From: an uncultured Candidatus Saccharibacteria bacterium
GTDB lineage: Bacteria > Patescibacteriota > Minisyncoccia > Phycocordibacterales > DAORIS01
DNA length: 64,000 nt
Assembly (NCBI GenBank): GCA_964644035.1
Contig: CAZXUH010000001.1
Coordinates: 393,093-457,092, forward strand
Reading direction: 5' to 3'
Position numbers and translations under genes: made by a program. The notes beneath the pieces were generated by a model, which was not told the DNA's origin, ran no database searches, and worked only from the letters and a program-made list of their open reading frames with translations. Shown in pieces: positions 28,096 to 38,396 of this stretch (its first letter is position 1; every line of letters starts with the position of its first letter).

Positions 28096-28959
28096 TTATT
28101 CATGTTCGGATTTAATCTTTCCTCCAAGTGTGCGGAGTTCTGCCAGAGCCATGGCTGCTTCTTCTTTATTTGGCGTCTTGCCATGCCATTCGTATTTTCT
28201 TTCAAATTCTTTTACCCCCTTGCTAGGAATAGTATGGGCAATAATCACTTTTGGCTTTTCAAAAATTGCTTTTGAAGCTTCTACAGCATCGACAATTTCT
28301 CGCATATTGTGGCCGTCGATTTCTATAACATGAAAATTGAATGCTTTCCATTTTTCTGCCAGTGGTTCGAGCGGCATGATATCTTCAGTGAAACCATCAA
28401 TTTGAATATTGTTGCGATCAACGAAACAAATCAGATTTCTAAGCTTCTCTTTGCCAGCAAACATTGCTGCTTCCCAGATATTACCTTCATCGAGTTCACC
28501 ATCGCCCATCGAGCAATATATCCATCGATCAGCTTTGTATCCATCGATTTTATCCGCCAAAGCCATACCAGCAGCCTGTGAAAGACCAGAACCGAGTGGA
28601 CCCGAACTATTTTCAAGCATGGGCAAATATTCTCTATGTGGATGACCTTGGAGTCGCGTGCCAAACTTGCGCAATGTTTTGAGTTCGCTTACCGGAAAAT
28701 AGCCGCTGTGCGCCATGGTTGCATACAATACCGGACAAATATGACCGTTGGAGAGTACGAAACGATCTCGGCCTTCCCAAGAAGGTTTTCGAGGATCGTG
28801 ATTGAGAATATGAAAATAGAGCGCAGTAAAAATATCCGTCATGTCGAGCGGACCAGCCGTATGACCTGAGCCAGCTTCGAGTAGCATTTCAATGATTGAC
28901 TGACGGATCTCATTGGCTTTGGATTCAAGCTTGAGAACCTCTTGGTCAGTGAGTGACAT
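28096..28959 (-). CDS. Transketolase, N-terminal subunit (TPP-binding)
   Basis: ..SGHTAGPLDMTDIFTALYF..LSNGH..GHPHRE..GPLGSGLSQAAGMALA..GDGELDEGNIWEA.. matches the transketolase N-terminal half. Confidence 0.85.
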   Translation of the reverse strand: MSLTDQEVLKLESKANEIRQSIIEMLLEAGSGHTAGPLDMTDIFTALYFHILNHDPRKPSWEGRDRFVLSNGHICPVLYATMAHSGYFPVSELKTLRKFGTRLQGHPHREYLPMLENSSGPLGSGLSQAAGMALADKIDGYKADRWIYCSMGDGELDEGNIWEAAMFAGKEKLRNLICFVDRNNIQIDGFTEDIMPLEPLAEKWKAFNFHVIEIDGHNMREIVDAVEASKAIFEKPKVIIAHTIPSKGVKEFERKYEWHGKTPNKEEAAMALAELRTLGGKIKSEHE

Positions 28960-29004
28960 GCATAAATTGTATCATATGCAGTTGAGCTCCTCCCGTAGAG
29001 AAGT

Positions 29005-29712
29005 TTATTCCTGATACGCCGCTTGCTTGAGACTTCTTATAGCGTCGATGGGATTGATTTCATTGAATATAGCCGAGCCAGATACAAACCGCGACACACC
29101 TGCAGCAGAGAGTTCGCCGATATTTTCTTCACTGACACCACCGTCTATTGATATGGGAAGTTCGGGGGCGAGTTCACGCAATTCTCTTACTTTTTCAAAT
29201 ACTTCTTCATCGAACTCTTCACCTTGGAAACCAATCCTTTTTATACCCATGCACTGTATACATGAAATTTCATTGATATATGGAGCAATAACACTCACGG
29301 GAGTATCGATGTTAATCGCCAAACCTATTTCAGTAAAATCATTTTTATATGACAAAGCCTTTTCCATATCACGAGAGATATCTTTTTCATGTCTAAAAGA
29401 ATCAAACGTCTCAACATGAAAAAGTAACCTTCGTGCTCCAGCACTTATCCAATGATCTGCAGCATCAAAAGGGGTCGCAACCATAAGATCGATTTCATAG
29501 TCGACATCTTGCCACATTGGCAAACCATCTTCACCTGCAACTATTTTCTCAAAAAAGTCATCGTGTTTGATATACGGCCATGTCTTATTTTTCACAAATA
29601 CACCATCCATAATATCTATCTGCACGACACGCACAGCTTCGGCTACTTTTGAAACGTGATCCTCGAGATCACGCAATGTTTTGGGCATTACAGCCGGAAT
29701 AATTTCTGCCAT
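29005..29712 (-). CDS. rpe: Ribulose-phosphate 3-epimerase-like (TIM barrel)
   Basis: IIPAVMP...VQIDIMDGVFV.N.TW resembles Rpe (IaPSil..D.MDG.FVPN.tfG). The gene sits in a pentose-phosphate gene block. Confidence 0.6.
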   Translation of the reverse strand: MAEIIPAVMPKTLRDLEDHVSKVAEAVRVVQIDIMDGVFVKNKTWPYIKHDDFFEKIVAGEDGLPMWQDVDYEIDLMVATPFDAADHWISAGARRLLFHVETFDSFRHEKDISRDMEKALSYKNDFTEIGLAINIDTPVSVIAPYINEISCIQCMGIKRIGFQGEEFDEEVFEKVRELRELAPELPISIDGGVSEENIGELSAAGVSRFVSGSAIFNEINPIDAIRSLKQAAYQE

Positions 29713-30188
29713 AGTGATTTTTTACTTACATTAGCACCCTTTTCAATATTCTCTATCTTTTCTATACGTCTCTTGTGCCGATCAGCGAGCGAATACTGTC
29801 CGAGAAGCCACTGTCTGACTACCCTTTTCGCTTCTTGTTCATCGATAAATTTTGCTCCGAGTGAGAGCATGTTGGCGTCATTGTGCTCGCGTGAAAGTGT
29901 GATGATTTCTGGATTGTGACCATAGTACGCTGTGGCACGCACATGTCGGTATTTATTGGCGACCATAGCCTCACCTTCTCCTGATCCTCCGACAATGATA
30001 CCAAGTGTCTTCTGAGGATTGTCAGAGACCGCCTCTGCTGCCTTTTTTATATAGTCGGGATAGTCGTCATTGGGATCGTAGGTATGAGCTCCAAAATCCT
30101 GCACTTCAAAACCAAGCTCTTTGACATAGCTCACGAGAGTTTCTTTGAGCTTAAATCCTGCATGGTCTGTAGCAAAATATATTTTCAT
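29688..30188 (-). CDS. rpiB: Ribose-5-phosphate isomerase B
   Basis: MKIYFATDHAGFKLKE..GIIVGGSGEGEAMVANKYRHVRA matches the RpiB/LacAB family. Confidence 0.85.
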   Translation of the reverse strand: MKIYFATDHAGFKLKETLVSYVKELGFEVQDFGAHTYDPNDDYPDYIKKAAEAVSDNPQKTLGIIVGGSGEGEAMVANKYRHVRATAYYGHNPEIITLSREHNDANMLSLGAKFIDEQEAKRVVRQWLLGQYSLADRHKRRIEKIENIEKGANVSKKSLWQKLFRL

Positions 30189-30658
30189 TTTTGAAATTGT
30201 TTGAGATCTTCCAGCACTTCTTCGGCGTGAGTGACTGGATTTACTTTCTCGTATACCTTGAGAATATCACCTTTTGGGTCAATGAGAAATGACATGCGCT
30301 TGGTACCCATATATTCCCTACCCATAAACTTTTTGAGTCCCCAAACGCCGTATTTATTCACTACCTTCTTATCTTCGTCTGAAAGAAGTGTAAATGGAAG
30401 TTTGTATTTCTTGGCAAACTTATCGTGGCTTTTTACAGAATCAATACTTATACCAAGTACTTTTGCCTTGAGTTTCTTAAAAGCAGGAAAATTGTCACCT
30501 ATCGCACATGCTTCTTTGGTACACCCTTCGGTATCATCTTTTGGATAAAAATAGACAAGCACCCACGATCCTACATACTCAGAAAGTGAATGCATTTCTC
30601 CTGCCTGATCTGGAAGTGAAAAACCCGGCGCTTTCTTTCCGACCTTAGGTAGTGGCAT
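30185..30658 (-). CDS. bcp: Thioredoxin-dependent peroxiredoxin (Bcp-type)
   Basis: ..KAPGFSLPDQAG..VLVYFYPKDDTEGCTKEAC.. matches Bcp. Confidence 0.85.
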   Translation of the reverse strand: MPLPKVGKKAPGFSLPDQAGEMHSLSEYVGSWVLVYFYPKDDTEGCTKEACAIGDNFPAFKKLKAKVLGISIDSVKSHDKFAKKYKLPFTLLSDEDKKVVNKYGVWGLKKFMGREYMGTKRMSFLIDPKGDILKVYEKVNPVTHAEEVLEDLKQFQK

Positions 30659-30678
30659 AATGCACCTAGAAAATTTAT

Positions 30679-31707
30679 TTATTTCGAACCAGCCAACACA
30701 ACATGCTCTACGAGTGTATTGGTATACCCCATCTCATTGTCATACCAGGCCATGACTTTGACCAAATTTCCATCGACGACGCGAGTAAATGAAAGATCGG
30801 CAATAGAAGCATATGGACTACCTTTGATATCAGAAGAAACAAGCTCTTCTTCGGTCACCGTAAATGACTTGCTCCAACGCTTTTCAGAAGCAGCTTTTTT
30901 GAGAATACTATTTATTTCTTCTACGGTCGTATTACGCTTTGCGATAAACGTCACATCGACAATAGAACCAACAACTACTGGCACACGCATAGAAATACCA
31001 TCAAATTTTCCTTTGAGATCTGGAATGACTTTGGTCACAGCAATTGCTGCGCCAGTCGAAGATGGCACGATATTTTGAGCGGCAGCACGACCTTCACGAA
31101 AATCCTTTTTATTTGGACCATCGACAATACCTTGGCTGGCTGTATAACCATGCACTGTATTGAGAAGAGCTTTTTCAATACCAACACTTTCGTGCAAAAT
31201 TGCGATGAGTGGAGAACCAGCATTGGTTGTACATGAAGCATTGGAGCTGATCTGTAGATCGCCAATAATGTCTTCATTGATACCAAGAAGCGCCGTGCCA
31301 CCTTTTATGTCCCCTGTCGGTTCATCTTTGACTGGAGCGGAAATAACTACCTTCTTAGCACCAGCTGTTATATGAGCTTGAGCTTTTTCATATGAAGTGA
31401 AGAGTCCTGTTGATTCGACAACAACATCAATTTCAAGCTTTCCCCATGGCAGCATGGCTGGATCTTTTTCAGAAATATATTGTATTTCCTTTCCATCGAC
31501 TTCTATTGCCGATTTATTAGCATTTACCTTTACTTCAAATGGACTGATGCCATAGGCCGTATCGTATTTGAGAAGATATGCGATATTGTCGATCGAGCCA
31601 AGATCATTCATAGCAACCACTTCGATATCCTTGCGATCTTTCGCAACTTTTAGAAATGCTCTGCCGATGCGTCCTGCGCCATTGATTGCCACTCTGATTT
31701 TCTTCAT
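30679..31707 (-). CDS. gap: Glyceraldehyde-3-phosphate dehydrogenase, type I
   Basis: ..INGAGRIGR.. and the active site SNASCTTN match GAPDH. Confidence 0.9.
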   Translation of the reverse strand: MKKIRVAINGAGRIGRAFLKVAKDRKDIEVVAMNDLGSIDNIAYLLKYDTAYGISPFEVKVNANKSAIEVDGKEIQYISEKDPAMLPWGKLEIDVVVESTGLFTSYEKAQAHITAGAKKVVISAPVKDEPTGDIKGGTALLGINEDIIGDLQISSNASCTTNAGSPLIAILHESVGIEKALLNTVHGYTASQGIVDGPNKKDFREGRAAAQNIVPSSTGAAIAVTKVIPDLKGKFDGISMRVPVVVGSIVDVTFIAKRNTTVEEINSILKKAASEKRWSKSFTVTEEELVSSDIKGSPYASIADLSFTRVVDGNLVKVMAWYDNEMGYTNTLVEHVVLAGSK

Positions 31708-31751
31708 ATATTGAAATGAATAATATTTATATGTCTTACATACAGTATATC

Positions 31752-31785
31752 AAAAAAGCCGCGGATATTTCATCCGTGGCTTTTC
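31752..31785 (-). terminator. Bidirectional Rho-independent terminator (AGCCGCGGAT-ATTTC-ATCCGTGGCT with flanking A6/T4) at the end of the nrdAB transcription unit
   Basis: Read directly: caaaaaagccgcggatatttcatccgtggctttt. Confidence 0.6.
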
Positions 31786-31801
31786 ATCTGGAAGGGACCA
31801 T

Positions 31802-31987
31802 TTAGGCAGCCTTCCGAAGTTCGATCGTTTCCACCCGATCACTGTTGCCCAGATTATTGATCAAAGCTGCTGACTCCACGTGGAGCGCGTCGAGGGTCTT
31901 TTGTTCATCACTATGCAGACTCCCGAAATCCACATTTTTCTGCTGCAGCTTTGCAATAATCTCCCATGCGCACAAGAGCCTATCCAT
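31802..31987 (-). CDS. Small hypothetical ORF (61 aa) between nrdB and the terminator
   Basis: ORF only. Followed by a terminator. Confidence 0.2.
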   Translation of the reverse strand: MDRLLCAWEIIAKLQQKNVDFGSLHSDEQKTLDALHVESAALINNLGNSDRVETIELRKAA

Positions 31988-32077
31988 AGGTCCTCCGCGT
32001 AAGAGATACAGTACTTCCCGTATTATGCCACTGCTACAAATTTTGAAAAATTGAGTTATCCACCTACCTTTTCAACA

Positions 32078-33115
32078 CTACTCTCCTGCTACTTCTGCAG
32101 CAGCTTTAGGGGCTTCTGGCTTAGTAGCCTTTTTGCCATGTGAGACACCATCGACTTCATAGCTTGTATTTTGAGCTTCGAAGAAATTGACCAATTCAAA
32201 GACGTCAGTAGCAGTACTCATCCATTTTGCAGGATTGGTTGCATTGTAATGCTTTGGCAAACCAAGCTCTTCGAGACGTCGATCAGCCACATATTGCACG
32301 TACTGATTCACATAGTCAGCATTGAGACCGAGAATACCGTTTGGAAAGAGATCCTTGTTGTATTCTGTTTCGAGATTGACGCCTTCGACGATAATACCCT
32401 TGATTTCATTGGCAAATTCTTCGGTGAGGAGCTCTTGGTTTTCTTCAAGAATATGCTGAACCAAATTCATACCGAACTTCAAGTGCAACGATTCATCTCT
32501 AATGACCCAGTTGATCATTGAACCGAAATTGCGCAATTGATTGCGCTGACGGAATGAAAGAGCAACCATAAAGCCCGAATAGAACCAAATACCTTCCATG
32601 ACAATGTTGGTAGCAACGAGGTTTCTAATAAAATCCATCTTGCCTTCTGTGGTTTCGATATCGAGAGTATCGTCCATCATTCTCTTCATGTATTTATTGA
32701 TGAAGTTTTCCTTGGCCTGCATTGATGGAACTTCGAGGTGCACACCGAAGACCTTTTCACGGTCAAATGGAAACGTTTCGAGCACATACTCAAAAGCCAC
32801 ACAATGATTGGCTTCTTCCCACATCTGCTTTGCGAGATAGAGGTGACATTCTGGAGATTTTAGATATGGATATACACCAAGCGCAATCGAACGATTCACA
32901 ATAAGCTCGGCTGGATTAAAGAAAGCCATAAGAAATGAAACTGCATGCTTTTCGTCATCAGTCATCTTTTCCCAGTCTTGCAAATCTTCCTTGAGAGCAA
33001 TTTCGTGAGGAAACCACGTATTGCGAACTGCCTGCTGATACAAATCATATGCCCACTGATACTTGATCGGGTGCAGATTCATGTCTTCGGGCGAGGCTTT
33101 TCCTATGAGTGGCAT
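32078..33115 (-). CDS. nrdB: Ribonucleoside-diphosphate reductase beta subunit (class I R2)
   Basis: ..EANHCVAFEY.. and the ferritin-like di-iron ligand region match RNR R2. Confidence 0.9.
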   Translation of the reverse strand: MPLIGKASPEDMNLHPIKYQWAYDLYQQAVRNTWFPHEIALKEDLQDWEKMTDDEKHAVSFLMAFFNPAELIVNRSIALGVYPYLKSPECHLYLAKQMWEEANHCVAFEYVLETFPFDREKVFGVHLEVPSMQAKENFINKYMKRMMDDTLDIETTEGKMDFIRNLVATNIVMEGIWFYSGFMVALSFRQRNQLRNFGSMINWVIRDESLHLKFGMNLVQHILEENQELLTEEFANEIKGIIVEGVNLETEYNKDLFPNGILGLNADYVNQYVQYVADRRLEELGLPKHYNATNPAKWMSTATDVFELVNFFEAQNTSYEVDGVSHGKKATKPEAPKAAAEVAGE

Positions 33116-33219
33116 ATATTTTATCTAATGATTAATTTTGGCTTTGTATTTTAACACAACGATTCACTCCCCATGCAATGGATAGAGTGAATGATATGTG
33201 TTCCAATTTTAAAAAACTT

Positions 33220-35928
33220 TTACTGGCAACCGTCACAAATATTGGCTTCTGCTGGATCGCTTGAATCGACAATTCTCTTGTGTACTCTGTACTGCTTTGG
33301 TCCTTCACTACCCATAACCGTCACTGTCGATGTAGTGGTTTTAGGAGCTGGAGCCGCTGCTGAAGCAACAACTTCTTTGATCTCTTGTTTCTGAGCAACT
33401 GCCACTGGCTCACGAGTGACAACTGCCGATGGCACAGGAATTTCTTTGGCTGGTATAGAAAACGCAGCTTGAATCGGTTCGATCATTGTTTTCTGAAGAG
33501 GAGCGGCAAAGGCACCTGCTGTGACTGTCTCTGCTGCAGGCTTCTTGAATACCCTTCCGAAGCCCATTTTGCCCATAGCAGCACCTTTATTGACCTGAAC
33601 AGTGCTCTGCTCTGCAGTGTGACGAGGCTTCATGTGGAGATAATACGTCGACTTGAGACCCTTTTCCCATGCTGTGCGATAAATCTTCATTGTGTCGTCG
33701 ATATCGCGAGTTTCGAGATACATATTTCTCGAAAGTGCCTGGTCAATCCATTTCTGAGCTCGTGCAGCGACTTCGATAAATGCATACGGAGATGTTGTGA
33801 ACGAAGTTTTGTAAATATCCTTGAGATGCTGAGGAATACCAGCGATATCTGAAATATCTCCCTGCTTTTCAATGATTTCTTCTCTAACCTTTTCCCAAAT
33901 ACCCATATTCTTGAGATCCTTGACCATGTTGTGGTTAATATCGAGATACTTTCCAGAAATCTTATTTCGTGAAAATACCTGAGCAAAGCGAGGATCGATA
34001 CCAGGGGTCGTGCCAGCAACAAGACCAATGTTTGCATTTGGAGCGACGGCCATGAGTGTGGCATTGCGTACACCCTTCTTTACTTTTTCTCGAAGCAAAT
34101 CCCAATTGAGACCTTTATGCTTGCTTTCTTTTGAAACAGTGAGAGCTTTGCCACGGTTTTGTTCGAGCGTTTTGATGCTATCGATAGGCACCTTGCCCTT
34201 TGACCATTCTGATCCAGGGAAATTTTTGTAGCTGCCGCGAACTTCAGCGAGATTTGCTGATTCGTCGATAGCCATATAGCTAATGAATTCAAATATTCTG
34301 TCGGCAAAATCGTGTGCATGTTCTGAATCATATGACATACCAAGCTGTTCGATCGTGTCTGAGAATCCCATCACTCCAAGACCAATAGCGCGATTCTCTT
34401 TGTCCGACTTTTCTGCTTCAGGAATAGGCAGACGGTTGATATCGATAAGATTGTCGAGCTGACGAATAGCAAGACGTACGCTTTCTTCGAGTTTTGCCCA
34501 ACTTACTTCTTTGTTATTAACGTGAGCGGCAAGGTTGAGCGATGCAAGGTTGCAGACAGCGACATTTTCTCTATCCTGTGGAAGACAGATTTCTGTGCAG
34601 AGGTTAGACATATGAATCGTACCAGTGTTGTTGTTGAGAGCACGAAGGTTCATGGTGTCTTTCCAGTTGAGCCATGGGTGTGATGTCGTCTGAAGAGCAA
34701 CAAGAATCTGTCGGAACTGTTCCTGAGCTGGTACCTTCTTGTAGGTGCGTAGTTTGCCGCTTTCAGCCATTTCTATGTACTCTGCGTATCGCTTTGAAAA
34801 TGCGGCACCGTAGAGCTCCACAAGGTCAGGTGTCTCGGCAGGGTCAAACATATACCAGTCCCCGCCTCCTTCGACTCGCTTCATGAACTCATCGGTCATA
34901 AATACGGCTGTATTGGCAGTTCTCATGCGCATATAGTCGTCGCCGGCATTGTGTTTCCAGTCGAGGAATTCAGGAAAATCGAGGTGCCAGTTCTCCATGT
35001 AAAAAGCCAGAGCACCCTTCTTCTTTCCGCCTCTCTGAATAGCTCTAATAGCCGTATCAATAATTTTTGCAAAAGGAGTAGGACCTGTTGAGACACCGCC
35101 GAAATTTGATTTCAAAGGTGAACCGCCTGCGCGGAGTTTTGTAACCGATGCACCAAGACCGCCTGAACCTTTTGAAAGAAGCATGACGTCGGCAACAGAT
35201 TTTGCAATGTGCTCCATGTCATCTTGGATTTCAAGAAGGAAGCAGTTGGAAAGTGCGGGTCGAGTGGTGCCAGCGCCGAGATTGGTCGAGCCGCCAGCGA
35301 TATATTCCATCTTCGACATCTTGTGATAAAACTTCTTTGCCCATTCTGTAGGATCCTTTTCATTGTAAGAAAGGCCCATAGCAATACGCATAAAGAGATA
35401 CTGGGGAGTTTCTACCGACTCCTGCTTCATACCCTTGAGACCATAGCGGTTCATCAGACCATCGAGACCAGCATAGGTGAAAAGTTCATCACGAGTAATG
35501 ACGAGTGTGTCTGCAAGAGACTCTATATTGTATTTAGAGATCATGTCTGGGTGCAAACGGCTATTTGCAACACCGGCTTTGAGGTAGGTAATGAAACTAT
35601 CGCGGTGCTTTTTGCGCAAATCGTCGGCACTATCCTTGTTGTAGTCGCCAAGAACGTTACGATATATGGTTTTGAGGAGGAGACGAGTAGCTACTTTGTC
35701 ATAATCAACATCGAGTTTGATGTTTTGGACGGCCGCATTGATCGTCGCTTGGTCGAGTTCAGTGGTACCTATGCCATCATACAGCGTGAGACGCGTATCC
35801 GTCGCAATCTGCGTGACCATAGCAACAGGATCAGCCAAGCCCTTGGTGGCTCGCTCGATCGATCTGTTGATATGATCGGCATTGAACGGTTCTTTCGTGC
35901 CGTCATGCTTAGTGATGGTGATACTCAT
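33220..35928 (-). CDS. nrdA: Ribonucleoside-diphosphate reductase alpha subunit (class I, with N-terminal ATP-cone)
   Basis: ATP cone (ITKHDGTKEPFNADHINRSIE), ..NLCTEICLPQ.., ..CNLASLNL.. and a C-terminal Cys pair match class I RNR R1. Confidence 0.9.
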   Translation of the reverse strand: MSITITKHDGTKEPFNADHINRSIERATKGLADPVAMVTQIATDTRLTLYDGIGTTELDQATINAAVQNIKLDVDYDKVATRLLLKTIYRNVLGDYNKDSADDLRKKHRDSFITYLKAGVANSRLHPDMISKYNIESLADTLVITRDELFTYAGLDGLMNRYGLKGMKQESVETPQYLFMRIAMGLSYNEKDPTEWAKKFYHKMSKMEYIAGGSTNLGAGTTRPALSNCFLLEIQDDMEHIAKSVADVMLLSKGSGGLGASVTKLRAGGSPLKSNFGGVSTGPTPFAKIIDTAIRAIQRGGKKKGALAFYMENWHLDFPEFLDWKHNAGDDYMRMRTANTAVFMTDEFMKRVEGGGDWYMFDPAETPDLVELYGAAFSKRYAEYIEMAESGKLRTYKKVPAQEQFRQILVALQTTSHPWLNWKDTMNLRALNNNTGTIHMSNLCTEICLPQDRENVAVCNLASLNLAAHVNNKEVSWAKLEESVRLAIRQLDNLIDINRLPIPEAEKSDKENRAIGLGVMGFSDTIEQLGMSYDSEHAHDFADRIFEFISYMAIDESANLAEVRGSYKNFPGSEWSKGKVPIDSIKTLEQNRGKALTVSKESKHKGLNWDLLREKVKKGVRNATLMAVAPNANIGLVAGTTPGIDPRFAQVFSRNKISGKYLDINHNMVKDLKNMGIWEKVREEIIEKQGDISDIAGIPQHLKDIYKTSFTTSPYAFIEVAARAQKWIDQALSRNMYLETRDIDDTMKIYRTAWEKGLKSTYYLHMKPRHTAEQSTVQVNKGAAMGKMGFGRVFKKPAAETVTAGAFAAPLQKTMIEPIQAAFSIPAKEIPVPSAVVTREPVAVAQKQEIKEVVASAAAPAPKTTTSTVTVMGSEGPKQYRVHKRIVDSSDPAEANICDGCQ

Positions 35929-36055
35929 ATAGTGTTGTTTGTAGCCTAACTGATACGGTTAATAAATCGGCAAATAAAAATGCGTCTCCTTAAACACACT
36001 CATCGCCTTGATGAGAACTAGATACAATTGTAACCAAAAAAACTTTCAAAAGACC

Positions 36056-36064
36056 TGTGGATAA
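36056..36064 (-). promoter_or_regulatory. Perfect DnaA box (TTATCCACA on the minus strand) ~125 nt upstream of the nrdA start
   Basis: The plus strand reads cctgTGTGGATAAgtc. Confidence 0.5.
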
Positions 36065-36149
36065 GTCACTGTGATATACAAAATTTTCTTTGTAAATAAG
36101 GATGTCAGAAAATGAAGCTAGGTAGAGCCGCTACAGCAACACACACAAA

Positions 36150-36650
36150 TTAATTTCTCTCAATTTCGACGCTATCCCCAATCTTTGCACCTGAATTTTT
36201 GAAAACTCCAGCATTTACTTCCAAAACATAGCGAGCATTGTCTTTTGGAAAGAAAGTTTCAGGATATGAACCTGGTGTCGCACCTGTTTTTACATCAACA
36301 ATCGTACTCGAAGCACTGAGCCAAATAATATCGATCGGATAATTCATATTTTTCATCCATATTCCCCACTTCTGATCATTTTCAAATATAAAAAGCAGTC
36401 CGGCATCTTGCGCGAGTGATGAAGTATCCGACAATCCATGCGCACGAGTCTCAAAACTATTGGCGATACCGACTCGGAGCGTCGTCGTACCGATCTCAAC
36501 ACTACTTTCTTCAGCCAAGGTAGAGCTTCCGGTCTCGCTGGTAGCTATATAATGCAAGGCCTTAGGGTCTTTTTTGCTAATCCAGTACACAGTAGCACCT
36601 GCAATGACGCATATCGAGACAAAAACCAATAGATATTTAATAAATTTCAT
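36150..36650 (-). CDS. DUF192 domain protein (secreted/membrane-anchored)
   Basis: The N-terminal TM and ..TRAHGLSDTSSLAQDAGLLFIF..WMKNMNYPIDIIWL.. match the DUF192 consensus. Confidence 0.65.
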   Translation of the reverse strand: MKFIKYLLVFVSICVIAGATVYWISKKDPKALHYIATSETGSSTLAEESSVEIGTTTLRVGIANSFETRAHGLSDTSSLAQDAGLLFIFENDQKWGIWMKNMNYPIDIIWLSASSTIVDVKTGATPGSYPETFFPKDNARYVLEVNAGVFKNSGAKIGDSVEIERN

Positions 36651-36651
36651 T

Positions 36652-37707
36652 TTATTCTTGTTCTAAAGTAAATTTCCCTTCTTTTATAGCACTACGGACC
36701 TCATGTGAGACTATTGAGCGTTCCGCGAGCTTACTAAACACTGCAGACTTCTTTTCATCAGACATCAAAACAGCCTGCTCCTTAATAATATCAAATGGAA
36801 AGAGTTCGTAGCTAATCTCATCAGAATCGAGCATTATTTGCACCGCTAAACCTTGGCTCGTAGGTATAGAAAAAGATTGATCGAAAATAAAGTTCCCTAG
36901 AGAATAAAAGATTGCCTTCCCATTATAAATCTCGATCGGCTCGATCACGTGTGGATGAGCACCCAAAATAAGATCAGCACCAGCGTCAATAAATTGCCTC
37001 GCCGTCCTTTTTTGAAAATCGGTCATACCCTGTTCATATTCCTCTCCCCAATGCGGATACACAATCACAAAAGCATCTTGAAGATCTGCCTGCTCGATAG
37101 CTTTCAGCGTAGAAGTAGTATCTTGATCGTAATACTGATGATAACCGACAAAGGCTACTTTTTGTCCTCTCACGTTTGCAATATACGGACCAGGGTTGTT
37201 ATTAAAGGCATCGCCAAAAACCGCTATTCCTGCAGTATTGATAGCTGCAACAGACTGCTCATAGCCTTCTCGACCAAAATCACGTGTATGATTGTTGGCT
37301 TGGCTGAAAATAGTAAAGCCTAGCTCTTTGAGTACAGGCAATGCTCTTTTATCAAAGGTAAAGGTCAGTGTTTTATTGACGAGACTTGCTGTAAGCGATG
37401 GAAAATCGGTAAAAGGACCCTCGGCATTGGCCACCACAATATCGTGACCCTTTAGAAAGCTTTCTATACGTGCAAATGGATACCTATATCCAAATTCTGT
37501 CATTTTATTGCGGACATTTCTATCAAGCATCATGTCGCCAAAAGCCAATATATCGAGTGGCGCATCGGATTTTCTGTCATAATCGGAGGGTATGACAAAA
37601 CCGCCAGTCAAAATCTTGTGCCCACCCGATAGCAAAAGATTGACCAATAATATAGCCACGACACAGATACAAAAGATGAGAAAACGGAGAGCGAAAGAAT
37701 GTTTCAT
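36652..37707 (-). CDS. CapA family (poly-gamma-glutamate capsule synthesis-like) metallophosphatase
   Basis: ..LAFGDMML.., ..ANNHTRDFG.., ..YPHWGEEY.. and ..GAHPHVIEPIE..YSLGNFIFDQ match CapA/PGA_cap. Confidence 0.8.
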   Translation of the reverse strand: MKHSFALRFLIFCICVVAILLVNLLLSGGHKILTGGFVIPSDYDRKSDAPLDILAFGDMMLDRNVRNKMTEFGYRYPFARIESFLKGHDIVVANAEGPFTDFPSLTASLVNKTLTFTFDKRALPVLKELGFTIFSQANNHTRDFGREGYEQSVAAINTAGIAVFGDAFNNNPGPYIANVRGQKVAFVGYHQYYDQDTTSTLKAIEQADLQDAFVIVYPHWGEEYEQGMTDFQKRTARQFIDAGADLILGAHPHVIEPIEIYNGKAIFYSLGNFIFDQSFSIPTSQGLAVQIMLDSDEISYELFPFDIIKEQAVLMSDEKKSAVFSKLAERSIVSHEVRSAIKEGKFTLEQE

Positions 37708-37739
37708 GTTTGGCTGTTAGTCTTTGATATACTTATACC

Positions 37740-38396
37740 ATGATTAGCACAAGAAACCTTTCCCCAAAAGCAAAAAATATTTTAATAATAATTGTCGTTT
37801 TACTTGTCGCCGTCGGCCTCTATTTTCTTTACAATACCGATTCTGGACCCAAAACTGTCGTAGAGGGTCAACCTACTACTTTTGCAGAATTTGGTGTACT
37901 CAATTTCCGTGCTGCCGAAGGATCAAAAAATCTTTCTGATATGTACCTAATCTATGAAGAAGAAGGAAAGCCTTCACTCACTACTCGTCTCAAGCTCAAT
38001 GAAGACAGTATTTGCGTCATGGGAAGCAGTGCTACTCAGTGTCTTGCCATAAGTGCCACACTCAATATCCCTTTCAACAATAGACGCGCAGTAGCAGAAG
38101 GAATCGAAACTGACAACAATGAAGTGATCATAAAGAAACTGCTCGTCCTACAAGCCGACGAACCGGATCCATTTGTGCCACATGCCGGTCTTACCTATAT
38201 TCCATGGATGCAAGCAAAAACTCTTATTCAGGAATGCAAAATAAAAATGGTCACACAGTCACACGATCTCAATGTAGATATTGAACTGCAAGACGGACAA
38301 AATGTTATTGCTGTCGAGCCTACAATAGACGAAGTTTTTGGTGTAGTCAGTCTTTCAAGAGAAAATTGCGGCAATATTCCTGTCGCTACAGAATAA
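37740..38396 (+). CDS. Hypothetical membrane-anchored protein (N-terminal TM)
   Basis: ORF only; N-terminal hydrophobic helix. Confidence 0.4.
   Translation: MISTRNLSPKAKNILIIIVVLLVAVGLYFLYNTDSGPKTVVEGQPTTFAEFGVLNFRAAEGSKNLSDMYLIYEEEGKPSLTTRLKLNEDSICVMGSSATQCLAISATLNIPFNNRRAVAEGIETDNNEVIIKKLLVLQADEPDPFVPHAGLTYIPWMQAKTLIQECKIKMVTQSHDLNVDIELQDGQNVIAVEPTIDEVFGVVSLSRENCGNIPVATE

Noticed and set aside
33220-35928. Intein in the 902-aa NrdA
   Set aside because: The length is explained by the N-terminal ATP cone and a C-terminal extension. No Hint/endonuclease block (for example a C...HN terminal splice motif) was seen.
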